Of a stretch of 55,196 nt of DNA, positions 1-11,640 are shown in pieces. The stretch is from Octopus bimaculoides (lineage: Eukaryota). The stretch covers positions 54,633,280 through 54,688,475 of the forward strand of contig NC_068989.1 of NCBI RefSeq assembly GCF_001194135.2, written 5' to 3'. Numbering within the stretch: the stretch's first letter is position 1; the number at the start of each line of letters is the position of its first letter. The notes beneath the pieces are model-generated. The model saw only the letters and a program-made list of their open reading frames with translations, was not told the DNA's origin and ran no database searches. Both the position numbers and the translations under genes were made by a program.

Positions 1-183
1 GGTTTCAGTGGCGTTTCAATGACGCCAGTCCATCGCAGCGTTACTCATTTTTGCCAGCTGAGTGGACTGGAGCAACGTGAAATGAAGTGTTTTGCTCAAG
101 AACACAACGCGTCGCCCCCTAGGAATCGAAACCACACTCTTACGATCTTGATGCTGATACCCTAACCACTAAGCCACGCGCCT

Positions 184-187
<4 letters not shown>
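1..187 (-). mobile_element. tRNA-derived SINE, family A (3' end runs off the window)
   Basis: Reverse complement begins GTGGAGGCGCGTGGCTTAGTGGTTAGG (A-box) ... GGTTTCGATTCC (B-box), then the core TTGTGTTCTTGAGCAAAACACTTCATT and CTGGCAAAAATGAGTAAC. Near-identical to the copy at 32700. Confidence 0.9.
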
Positions 188-225
<38 letters not shown>

Positions 226-389
226 ACACACACATACGCACGTACACACACGCACACACACATATATATATGCGTGTTGATAGAATAATCAATATTTAAG
301 TAACAAGATTACGAAGCACCTGTAACTGATTGGTGCAAACACCTATACTCTCATGTTACTTCTTTTATAAACAGATAGCGAGACAATAC

Positions 390-510
390 ATGCATACATA
401 CATACATACATACATACATACATACATACATACATACATACATGCATATTCAATNNNNNNNNNNATACATACATACATACATACATACATACATACATAC
501 ATACATGCAT
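390..510. repeat. (CATA)n microsatellite with 10-N gap
   Basis: Direct reading. The CATGCATATTCAAT end occurs on both sides of the gap, suggesting an assembly overlap. Confidence 0.95.
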
Positions 511-1049
511 ATTCAATAAAATGTAAGCACAACAGACCTGATATAATGATTTGGGATAAAGAAGACAAGCTGTGTAGAGTTATAGAAATTAGCTGTCAAG
601 CGGATGTTAACATAAAACGTAAGATCAGTGAAAAAGAAAAGCTATTGAGAAATGTGCAGTTACTCTATCCAGATTATAAATTCAGGTTTATACCTGTAAT
701 TATTGCGGCCCTGGAATATGTAACACACTCCTCAAATACCAATCTTGAGAAATTAGGCTTCTCAAAACCAGAAAGGAGAAAGCTAATTCGAAGATTACAG
801 ATCCAATCCATCACGGACTGTAAAAATGTTTAAAACTTTCCAGAAGTTTATCATTTAAATGTATATGAGTTTGTCTAGCTATGCAAATATATCCATGAAG
901 ACAAATACATAAATCAAACATACAAATTTGCATATATACATACATGCCCTGTTGTTTATATTGAAATTCCAATGAAGGAGACTTGGATCTAGGTTAGAGA
1001 CCGGTTCTTTCTCTATTGGCAAGAAATCCTGAAATAAAACTGAACAATG
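511..1049 (+). mobile_element. 5'-truncated RLE (restriction-like endonuclease) non-LTR retrotransposon, R4/Dong-like
   Basis: Translation KHNRPDIMIWDKEDKLCRVIEISC..D..IKRKISEKE...FIPVIIAAL matches the RPD-x-D...E..K PD-(D/E)xK endonuclease of R2/R4-group elements. A 1-nt frameshift near 815 restores TVKMFKTFQKFII* (stop 856-858). About 190 nt of 3' UTR follow, then (CATA)n. Confidence 0.85.
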
Positions 1050-1632
1050 ACATACATTCATACTTACATACATACATGCATGCATGCATACATACATACA
1101 TACATACATACATACATACATACATACATGCATACATACATACATGCATATATCATTATCAAGCTTTACGCACGTCTACAAATGTACTGTTTGCCATTCT
1201 AGTAAAAATGAATATTTTCTTATAGATGCAGAAATTTAGATTTTAAAGCTGGCGACGAGAAAGACCGCAGAAATGCATTCGTCCGACAATCGGAGGGCAT
1301 CATTCACATGTATAGTATGTAGATAGAGTTACAATGCCAGTGGTGTCCTCATGGAACACCTGTATGTTCCAGTTCTCCAAATCATATTTGTAGGTGCTAT
1401 ATTGTATAAGATATAAAATATAGGAGAATACTGTGAAATACTGGAAAATCTAGCATTGTTTATTTTGTATTACCTGTTTCGTTACATATCTAAAACGTAG
1501 TAAATTATATCAAAACATTTTCCAGTTAAGTGTGTCAATAAACACACACACACACACACACACATGCATGCACACGCACATGCAAGCACGCACACGCACA
1601 TATATACATATATATACGTATATATATATTTA

Positions 1633-3500
1633 CTAGCTGACGTACCTGATAATTCCCGGAACAGCGGGGCTTATCCCTTGGTTCCGTTCTCATAATTGTT
1701 TCGCTAATCCAATAACAACAATACAAAGTATGTAGTCCTTAAAACTGTTTTTGCGCATTTACTGAGAATACTGAACTGTCGTACATAGGATCTTATTTTT
1801 AGGACTTCCTAATAAGTTATGAATACCCAAATCGTGAAGTCAGTTACGTAATAACATGAAATTAGTTACCCGATGGTAAGAATTCAAATAAAGTAGCCCC
1901 GAAAAGGGTTTTAATGCGTTCCAAGAGTATATAGAACTTAGGAGGAAATGCCACTAAGTTGTGTATACCAAAATCTTGAAGCATGTTACGTAATAACAGG
2001 CTAATCGGATATGAGATAATAATGATTCAAAGTAAATAACTCTGAAAAGAGAATATGACCCTTAGGGGCGCAAGTGTTGAAATAGATTTACAATGAATGT
2101 AGAAACAGACTGACATTTAGTTTTACAGTATATATATACAAATAAATTTGCATATAGCGTTAAAAATAAAGTAACATGTAGATTATCAATACATTTACAA
2201 CACTTACAAATATTACAGTTAAATAATAAATACCTGATGATTTGGTGAATCTTATGAAGTTTGCAGAGCTTCTTGATAAACAACATTTTTGGTTCGGCAA
2301 GGTTCAGACCTACCACATCCAAGGGGTGCCCCTGAATCTTGTTGATGCTCATTGCAAAGCTCAGTCAAGCCACACGTCCTCAACATGATAGAAAATAGCT
2401 GGGCAGTTTATTTGGTGCTCTGTTGACTGCTTCCTCCTCCAGTGTCTAGTCTCAATGAGCATCGTCCTACAGTTGTCCATGTTTTACGCAGGCTTCTCTG
2501 TTGGTCGTGCAGACTTCCCCATTGTGTCTTCGAAGGTCTGGCAGCGTGCAGCAGTAGACGCAGAAAGAAGCGCTCCTGCTGATTAGGGTGCACACTGTAA
2601 ACGTGCTCGTTGTCCCCACTTCTGAAGACAGCATGTCCTTCCCAGCCCTCAACGTATGATCCTTGCTTGCTTCTGTTCTATCTATTGTGTGCCCAGTTAT
2701 AGTACACGGGAACCTCAACACATACATTGGCATAATTTGAAGAAAGCTGTCAAAGTGGTTTCTGGTGGATTCAGAACTACGTTTCCAGCATTTTCTTCTG
2801 TGAAATATAAGCGCTGGCCATTTTCAAGATGTACAGATAGATTCACCACTTTAGGATGCCGCTCGTGTTTTTCGAAGCCCAGGATGCTCCACATTGCCTC
2901 GTTAGACAAAATACACCTATCCAACTTATATTACTGAATTTCATCTGCCTGCCTGTCCTCCTGTTCAAGTCCCCAAACCGCCATATCTGATCCCTTATTG
3001 GTCTATTTACATACATATTTAATGCTTTTTATAGACTTGCATGACTCAACATTAACATGGGCCTGCAATGTTTTAGACATCAATGGGCTGCAGGGCACGA
3101 TCCATTTGTTGTCATTTTCCATTGACCATTAATTTTGACCATTAACATTGACCATTAACTTTGCGCTTGGTAATATTTCCACCATCTTCTGGTTTTCAGC
3201 GTCTATAGAGTGGGTAACCGTCATATGCCGTACGTGTTTCCTGGATAAATTCCCTGGGGAATCGTTTGATGCAAAGGAAAATGAATGGGTTATTTCCCTT
3301 GGCTGTTAAAGGAAAATATATGGGCTATATATGTGGGCCCGTTCTAGGGTCCCTAACCATCCAGTTATAGATTTTTATTAAACTGCAATGAGCCTAATTA
3401 TAAACTTGATGTTACTTTAACATGTTTGCAAAGTTTCACGAAAATTCGTTTACGGGTGTAGACAGCAACTTAACACAAGCAGACAACTCGCGTTTATGTA
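1633..3500 (-). mobile_element. Internally deleted Helitron (Rep and PIF1 helicase remnants, both termini)
   Basis: Minus-strand remnants: CIKRFPREFIQETRTAYDGYPLYRR, DNKWIVPCSPLMSKTLQAHVNVESCKSIKSIKYVCK, NKGSDMAV, ILSNEAMWSILGFEKHERHPKVVNLSVHLENGQRLYFTEENA..PPETTLTAFFKLC, HPNQQERFFLRLLLH, FAMSINKIQGHPLDVVGLNLAEP. The 3' end is a degenerate GC hairpin followed by CAGCTAG|T (CTAG at 1633-1636). The 5' region ATAAACGCGAGTTGTCTG..GAAACTTTGCA merges into (CATA)n near 3495. Confidence 0.9.
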
Positions 3501-3659
3501 TGTATGTATGTATGTATGTATGTATCATGTATGTATGTAAATTGCGTCTAAACTTGTCTGAACGTGTTAAGAATAAACATACAAATACTCGTTATACACT
3601 CACACACATATTGTGTGTGTGTGTGTGTGTATGTGTGTGTGTGTATATATATATATATA

Positions 3660-3884
3660 TTTATGCGGATGTATATATACATATATATTATTTATTTCAG
3701 TCATTAAACTGCGGCCATGCTGGGGCACTGCCTTAACGAACTTTATTCGAAGGAATCAAGACCAGTATTTACTATTCAAAGTCTGGCATTCATTCTATCG
3801 ATCGTTTTCGCCTAACAGCTAGGTTCCTGGCACGTAAACTCATCGACACCAGTAGTCAGGCGGTAGGGGTGGCTGACAAGCACA

Positions 3885-3905
<21 letters not shown>
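3660..3905 (-). mobile_element. SINE family C, 3' half
   Basis: CAGTCATT..ACTGCGGCCATGCTGGGGCAC..., ending in the internal (CA)n. Reverse complement of the family C tail seen at 4520-4722. Confidence 0.85.
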
Positions 3906-3938
<33 letters not shown>

Positions 3939-4168
3939 ACACACACACACACAACAGAAATATTCGTTATGCGTCAGCGTACAGACAGACTAATCAACTC
4001 AGCACCACATTCACTAACACAAACAAATATTCATACAAAGGAAATTATTCATTAACACACTTATTAGAGAGTCTCCTTCTAATCCATATATGCATATGCA
4101 ATGGCGTGTGCATGTGCTTAAGAATATGTACCAATATTTAAGTTTAAATCTATCATTGTATCTGCGTT

Positions 4169-4201
<33 letters not shown>

Positions 4202-4290
4202 GTGTATATGTATGTATACACACACGTGAAATCACATACACATACACATACACATATTCAAATGCTCACACACACATACACACATGTGTA

Positions 4291-4463
4291 TGGTACAGGA
4301 GTGGCTGTTTGGTAAGAAACTTGCTTCGCAACCACATGGTTCTGGGTTCAGTTCCACTGCGTGGTACTTTGGGGCAAACGTCTTCTACTATAGACATGGG
4401 CCGACCAAAGCCTTGTGAATAGATTTTGTAGACGGAAACTGAAAGAGGCCTGTCGGAAGTATA

Positions 4464-4501
<38 letters not shown>

Positions 4502-4722
4502 TGTGTGTATGTATGTATTTGTGTGTCTGTGTTTGTCCCCCCACCATTCCTTGACAACCGATGTTGGTATGCTTACATAACTTAACAGTTCAACAAAATG
4601 GACCGATACAATAAGTATTATGCTTACAAAAAATAAGTGGTGGAGTCGATTTGCTCGACTAAAGGTGGTGCTCCTGCATGGCCGCAGTCAAATGACTGAA
4701 GCAAGTAAAAGAATAAAAGAAT
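4291..4722 (+). mobile_element. SINE family C, full length (tRNA head, internal (TG)n, tail ...GGCCGCAGTCAAATGACTGAA.CAAGTAAAAGA)
   Basis: Head GGAGTGGCTGTTTGGTAAG..GGGTTCAGTTCC, core TTGGGGCAAACGTCTTCTACTATAG, internal microsatellite at about 4465-4530, tail shared with the 12672-12997 copy. Confidence 0.9.
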
Positions 4723-4748
4723 ATATACATATGTTTGTATATATATAC

Positions 4749-4795
<47 letters not shown>

Positions 4796-5278
4796 NNNNN
4801 NNNNNNNNNNNNNNNNNNNNNNNNNNNNNNNNNNNNNNNNNNNNNNNNNNNNNNNNNNNNNNNNNNNNNNNNNNNNNNNNNNNNNNNNNNNNNNNNNNNN
4901 NNNNNNNNNNNNNNNNNNNNNNNNNNNNNNNNNNNNNNNNNNNNNNNNNNNNNNNNNNNNNNNNNNNNNNNNNNNNNNNNNNNNNNNNNNNNNNNNNNNN
5001 NNNNNNNNNNNNNNNNNNNNNNNNNNNNNNNNNNNNNNNNNNNNNNNNNNNNNNNNNNNNNNNNNNNNNNNNNNNNNNNNNNNNNNNNNNNNNNNNNNNN
5101 NNNNNNNNNNNNNNNNNNNNNNNNNNNNNNNNNNNNNNNNNNNNNNNNNNNNNNNNNNNNNNNNNNNNNNNNNNNNNNNNNNNNNNNNNNNNNNNNNNNN
5201 NNNNNNNNNNNNNNNNNNNNNNNNNNNNNNNNNNNNNNNNNNNNNNNNNNNNNNNNNNNNNNNNNNNNNNNNNNNNNN
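4796..5278. other. Assembly gap (N run). Other gaps: 455-464, 12331-12671, 22339-22371, 23553-24224, 24951-24960, 26007-26623, 32285-32600, 38792-38801, 53762-53922
   Basis: Runs of N, mostly flanked by (TA)n or other microsatellites. All X-rich ORFs derive from these gaps. Confidence 1.
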
Positions 5279-5335
<57 letters not shown>

Positions 5336-5685
5336 TATGTATGTATAACTATATATGTTTATTTTCTGCACTCTGGCCCAGTGTCAGCACCACCAGGGCA
5401 GTGCTGACAATGGCGAAGATGTTTGTTTAAAGAAATTACCAAATTATCCTCCAACATGAGTGATTACAGCAATGGGGACGATGTTGAATTAATTATCAGG
5501 ATGAAGCAAATTGTAAAATAACAATGGCAGTCTTTTCACCACTGTTGCTCCCATTACTATCATCTACGCTCTCACCGACGCTCTCAAACATACACATACA
5601 CACATACACACACATGTACTCACAAGCATAGTCTCTCTCTGTCTCTGTCTCTCATGAAGCCAGATATGCAACAATAAATACGCAC

Positions 5686-5768
<83 letters not shown>

Positions 5769-5873
5769 CATATATATATATTTATATATAAATGTATGAT
5801 TATATATCCTTATGGGTATGGCTATATGTGTGTGTATATGTGTATGTGTACGTGTGTGTATGTGTATGAATAT

Positions 5874-5909
<36 letters not shown>

Positions 5910-6087
5910 GACACAATATGCCCGCGTGTATGTGTTTATGAACGGATTTTTCGTACATATGAATTAGCGCGTCTAGCTTGTGTGTATGTGTGTGTACGTG
6001 CATGTGTGTGTGCATGTGCATGTGTGCGTGTGTATGTGTGTGTGTATCTCTGTGTATGCGTGTGTGTGTGTGTGTGTGTGTGTGTTC

Positions 6088-6118
<31 letters not shown>

Positions 6119-6639
6119 TGCGTACATCCGCATTTCTTTAATAACATCATTTAACAATACTGTCAACGAAGAACCAGCAATTGTTCAGTCTACTAGACAG
6201 TGCAGTGTAATCCTTCTACAAATCATACTATACAGCATGAAAAACAAAAGGGATAATATAGTTCTAGATATCCATTAAAAGGTGGAATAGTCACGGCTGA
6301 ACTGTCTCTGATTGTAGTTTTAGATGGCTGCTTGTTGGCTTGGATCTTTTAACAATGATACTAGCAAAAATTTCTAATACTACTATCATAATCAACACTA
6401 ACAGAACATTGATCACCGGTGTTACTAAATTATTACGAAAACCTGTGTTCGCCCTGTCGCTTTGTTCAAACTATTGTCTTTGCTGTTTATGATTATGAAT
6501 GATCATAATTAAAGATAAATATTGGGTAAAGAATAGACAAATATTAATATATAAGCATGTAGTACACATTTATTATAATTAATTTTCTGCATCATATAAA
6601 TGTCCAGAAGAAAGTTTTTAACGCTGTGAAAATGCAGAG

Positions 6640-6905
6640 TTACAATGTCCGCGAGGTTTTTAGACATTGACAATATATCTGCTGTCCCCTGGGTAGATTT
6701 CAACCGAGCAACAAAGTATTATCCATGCAATAGTCAACTGGAAAATTGCCCGTATCTAACTAATACTGAATTTTATTGAGTGTCATTGTGAGAGCCACTC
6801 GAAATGGAAACTCTAATCGCATAAATGTGAATAACAGATCTGCACCAGAAGATCTAACTGTAAATTTTGACACAAGGACATCGTAGTATTCCATAATATT
6901 TTTCA
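6640..6905 (-). mobile_element. Decayed Helitron PIF1-helicase C-terminal fragment
   Basis: DVLVSKFTVRSSGADLLFTFMRLEFPFRVALTMTLNKIQ resembles the Helitron motif DVLIPRIPLIPSD.PF.FKRLQFPVRLAFAMTINKSQG. In another frame LLHG*YFVAR resembles FSHGQLYVA.SR. Confidence 0.6.
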
Positions 6906-7308
6906 TCTTCTGTAAAAATGTGGTCTTCAAGAGTTTTGGAGAATATAGAGTCATTCTTAGTGACCATAACTCACATTTCAGTTCTGGCTCGGGGTAGCTA
7001 TATCTGTCACGATTCCAGAAAAATGGCCCTGTGGCTAAGGGAAACAGGATTCAGAGGAAGGCTGGCCCCTAGACATACCACACAGGCTTACTTGTAGTTG
7101 GATATGTCCTGCTGTCCCATGAACTAAACCTCTTGTTGAAGGGTTGAATAGGTCCTATGCGTCAAGTGTGAGCACTGGAGGGCAGGAAACAAGCTGAGTA
7201 AATTGCAGGTAAACATACAAAAGTCAAAGGTAAAATACTGCTGTATTTTGTACGAGAAAAATCATAAATCTCTAGACTTTGGCATGGAGGACAATGAATG
7301 CCGATGCC

Positions 7309-7505
<197 letters not shown>

Positions 7506-7914
7506 CGTCTATTGAGCGTTGCTTTTGTAAAACGTACTCTAATGTGTGTACTTTGTAATTTATTGTGCTTTGTGGTAGAAACCTAGGAGTCAGAATAGCA
7601 TCGTCCATATGAAAATAGTGCATTATTTGCACGTTAGTGCTAGTAAATTTTTGTAGTATCTATAAGAGCTTTAAAGTTCAAAGCATGATTGTTCGTCAAT
7701 TTGCTTCCTTTATAGGGTCACTGCAATATTTTTTTGTCGTATCATTTTGTCAGGAGGAAAGGTGGTACCAATGATTCATGATTGAGCTTCATAATTTCAA
7801 TCTGAAGATCCATGCCCAGATGCTTGCAATAGTGTGGAGGCTGCTAAATATATCCAAGGTGCCAAATGGTGCTGCTGAACCAGGTAGCAAATTAAATCTA
7901 CAACCTAAGTAAGC

Positions 7915-8150
7915 AATGGTGGGATTTGAACTCAGAACGTAAAGAGACGGAAGAAGAACAGCAAGCTAACCGCTACGCTATGGTTGCATTCCCACCAACC
8001 AACTAATCCTCTGATTAGTACTTTAATATCGATCCCGAAAGGATGAAAGGCAAAGTTGATCTCAGCGGAATTTAATCTCTGTGCAGAAGGTGTCAGAACA
8101 AACGCAACAAGCAAATCTTCGATGCACAAACGCCTCACCATTCCGATTCA
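7915..8150 (-). mobile_element. SINE family D, degraded
   Basis: GATTTGAACTCAGAACGTAAAG and ATCGATCCCGAAAGGATGAAAGGCAAAGTTGA motifs. Confidence 0.75.
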
Positions 8151-8744
8151 CTGCATGTGGTGTAAAATGTTGCAGAGGTGTTCTATGTAACAACTCATAT
8201 CATACTTTATATATGTTTGGTAAGTTTATATTGCTGAATGTCGGATTTGGTTGTCTTAGATGTTCTTTGATGTTGCTGGCATGAGGTGAAATGCTACATT
8301 TGTTAAGTGCAACTTTTAAGTCTGTTGTTTTGGAATCAGGTTTCTACCTGATCAATGGTTGCTTAAGATTAGTTGTACCTGCTACTGTGTATGGGATACA
8401 ATGACAGGAGGGCGACTACGACATCGGTATGAGGTTGCGCGTACGTTTTTGCTCCCTTTTTTTTTTACTATTAACAGAGGTGTGAGAATGTTGTGTAGAT
8501 ATGAATTAAATAAGAAGTGAGAAAATAGATATTTATTGCTATAACAATTTGCTAATAGTAGATTTCAAATTTATTATTACAATCTAAATAATCTTGGTGA
8601 CCTGAGAGATAAATATTTAAAGAGGTGTTGCATAAATTGTCAATTAACTGAAGATTTGAAAAATACAAAATTGTTTCTTCATCAAGACGTATTCTGAGTC
8701 TGGTTAAAAGCGGGCAAAAAAAAAAAAAAAATTTAACGCTTTAA

Positions 8745-9650
8745 TTATCTGATGTTTCTCTTAATTTACATAATATATGAAGTTTTATTATTGTTGTTGG
8801 TCTTATTGTTTTCTCCTCTTTCCACTTTTCATCATTCTGTTCCTTCTCTTTCTCCTTCTTCCTATTCTTTTCATTCTTCATTTCCTTCAACTTCTTCATT
8901 TTTATCATTTTCTTCCCCTTTACCTTCTTCCTTTTTACTTTCCCCTTTCTTTCTTTCTTTGTTTCTTTGTTTCTTTCTTTCTTTCTTCTTCTCGTTCCCA
9001 TACCTCCTCTTCTTTTATTCCTTTTCACCCTCCTCCTCATTTTCATCTTCATCTTCCTTATCTTATTTTCCTTTTCCTTCTTTCTTTCTCCTCCTCTCTC
9101 CCTACCTCCACCTCTCTCCCTACCTCCTCCTCCTCTCTCCCTACCTCCTCCTCCTTTGTCCCTACCTCCTCCTCCTCTCTCCTTTACCTTCTCCTCCTCT
9201 CTCCCTACCTCCTCCTCTCTCCCTACCTCCGCCTCCTCTCTCCCTACCTCCTCCTCTTCTCTCCTTACCTTCTCCTCCTCTCTCCCTACCTCCGCCTCCT
9301 CTCTCCCTACCTCCTCCTCCTCTCTCCTTACCTTCTCCTCCTCTCTCCCTACCTCCTCCTCCTCTCTCCCTACCCCCTCCTCTCTCCCTACCTCCTCCCC
9401 CTCCTTCTTTTTCTTCTTCTCCATCTTCATTTTTATCATTGTATTTTCCTACTACTTTTTTCTTCTTCTTTCTCTATCTCACTCCACTTCTTTCTCTAGC
9501 TCTCTCCTCTCCTTCCTCTACCTTCCTTCTCTTCCTCCTCCTCATCCTCATTTTCCTTCTTTTCCTTCTACTTCTCCGTCTCCTTCTCCTCTTCATCATC
9601 TTCTTCATCTGGAGTCATTACATGTTCTTACTACCAAGTTGGGCGAGTAT
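8745..9650. repeat. Polypyrimidine/polypurine low-complexity tract with a CTCCTCCTCTCTCCCTAC-type minisatellite (about 9090-9410)
   Basis: Direct reading. It explains the 228-303 aa low-complexity ORFs. Confidence 0.9.
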
Positions 9651-10264
9651 TGAGCTGATTTAATTGAATGCAGGGGAGAGAATCCTTTTTATCCTGTTAG
9701 AAAGACTAGCGCGTGATCTAACGATGACAAGATAAAGACGAGTTATTTTTTATATTGTTTTATGATCTGTCAAAGTAAGACAGGTTTGTCTCTGTGTGAT
9801 TCTGTTTCATTCTGCGTTTTGGCTTTGTTTTAGATTTCTTTGGATATTAACCAAATAAAAATCCCAGGGATTTGCTCGTGTGCGCATCAGTAGTTGTAAT
9901 ATGTTAGTCATTGCTATGATTCATTAAGATCTTCAGATGCTTCAGTTTGAGTTTCAGACTTGAATTTAGTATGGTGAGAATTTCACTGGACAATGATGAC
10001 AAAGATAGTGATGACTATGATGAATGTAATGATAATGCAGATTATTACAATACGGATGGTATTGCTGCTACCATTTATGGTTGAAGCGAGGGTTTGTTGG
10101 TGCTGCGTGGCTGTTGGTGCTGGCGACAGCGGTGATTCTGAGGAGGAGGATGGCGATGATGATGATGATGACGATAATAATGATGTTGGTGACGATGATG
10201 ATAAGTCTGATAACGATGAGGACAAAGACGACGAAGAGAAGGCGACGACGATAGATCGATACGT

Positions 10265-10583
10265 TAAGGGTAAATACCCACTTCGGCCATGGTATTGCAC
10301 TTAGAAAGTTCCTCTCCGAGGCACAAGTCCGGGCAAGGATGTTTGTGGAAGATCAGCAGTCACCCATGCATACCAGTGTCCCCTCTCCACGCCGATGATG
10401 TTGTCCAAGGGTAAGGCAAAAGCCGATACAGCTTGACACCATTGAAGTTGTAACTCGTTTCTACAGCTGAGTAAATCAAAGTGTTTTGCTCTGAAACAAA
10501 ATACACGGCCCGGTCCGAAAATCGAACTCACAACCTCACGATTGTAAGCCCGACGCTCTGACCACTGAGCCATACGCCCTCAC
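10265..10583 (-). mobile_element. SINE family B (head like family A, different body)
   Basis: Head GTGAGGGCGTATGGCTCAGTGGTCAGAGC..GAGTTCGATT, body CCCTTGGACAACATC..GGAGAGGGG..GGTATGCATGGGTGAC, matching 37455-37798. Confidence 0.88.
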
Positions 10584-10959
10584 ATGATAGATGGATGTAT
10601 CATATATTATCAAACACAACATTCAGTATAAAAGAAAAAAGAAAAAAAAAAGAAATCAATCGGTAAAGGTTTCAGTCCTTTACAGGATGAAATATTGTTC
10701 TGGCATCTAATGGATTTGATCTCGGAAATACAAATGACAACAATACTCCTACTGTTTAACCGATTAACACATACATCATGTCAACGAACGCTGTTTAGAA
10801 AGTAAGGCATGTAAGAGTGTCATTTACATAAAATTGATTCATACCGTCTCATACACACACACACACACCACTTATACACAACCACGTAAACACATATATA
10901 TATATATATATATATTCACAATCGTGCGCACACGCAGAGAGACACGCGCCTATTCATAC

Positions 10960-11640
10960 ATTCAAATGAGATCATCGTCCCCGTCGTCGTTTTCACTGCT
11001 ACCACCTCCTTCACTGCCGTCATAATCATCATCATAACCATCATCATTATTACCAGTATCATCACCACCACCACCACGATCATCATTTCAGAATCGATTT
11101 CAAATTTTGGCACAAGGAAGCATGTTTGGGGGGAGGGGATAAGTCGATTAAATTGACCCCAGTGTTCAACTGGTACTTATTTTATCGACCCCGAAAGGAA
11201 AAAAGGCAAAGTTGACCACGGCGGAATTTGAACACAGAGCGTATAGACCGACGAAACGCTGCTCAGCATTTCGCCCGGCGTTCTAACGATTCTGCCAGCT
11301 CGCCGCCTCTCGATCATCATTTTCATAATCATCATTGTCATCAACATGACCGCAACCATCATCGCCGTCATCATCACCATAACAAACACTACTATCATTT
11401 TCCTTCTCCTCCTCATCGCTATAATCATCATCATCATCGTCATTATCATCATTATCATCATCGCCGCCGCCGCCGTAGTTGTCGTTGTCGTCGACCACTA
11501 CCATCAGAACCATCATGGTTACCATGCCCAGTACCACCAAGATTACCATGACTACCACACCACCACCACCATCAACAACAACAATACCACCGCAACCATC
11601 AAGCCCACCACCACCACATTGTTATGATTGACATTAAACA
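10960..11640. repeat. Degenerate (CAT)/(CAC)/(CGT) trinucleotide tracts interrupted by a family D SINE
   Basis: Direct reading. Confidence 0.85.
11098..11309 (-). mobile_element. SINE family D with the CCTTGTGCCAAAATTTGAAA tail
   Basis: Reverse complement head GGCGGCGAGCTGGCAGAATCGTTAG..., body TTTCGGGGTCGATAAAATAAGTACCAGTTGAACACTGGGGTC. Confidence 0.9.

Noticed and set aside
5379-5412. Small inverted repeat TGTCAGCAC/GTGCTGACA around CACCAGGGCA, superficially CTCF-like
   Set aside because: A 9-12 bp stem is within chance expectation, and the core is 2 nt short of a CTCF motif.
4620-5430. ORFs of 225-242 aa, and similar ones at 12.2, 23.5, 25.9, 32.2 and 53.7 kb
   Set aside because: They are made of N-gap X residues and (TA)n/(CA)n translations. 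Only the RTE part of 25940-27046 is meaningful.
6995-7300. TGTCACGA start suggestive of a solo LTR
   Set aside because: No matching CA end, TSD, PBS or PPT identified.
8741-9663. 232-303 aa ORFs resembling Glu/Arg-rich or Pro/Ser-rich proteins
   Set aside because: Frames are open on both strands because a purine/pyrimidine tract lacks stop codons. No splice or domain evidence.
10515-10583. tRNA-like sequence, also at about 110-187, 32700 and 37730
   Set aside because: It continues directly into a SINE body and has no proper acceptor stem or terminator, so these are SINE heads rather than tRNA genes.
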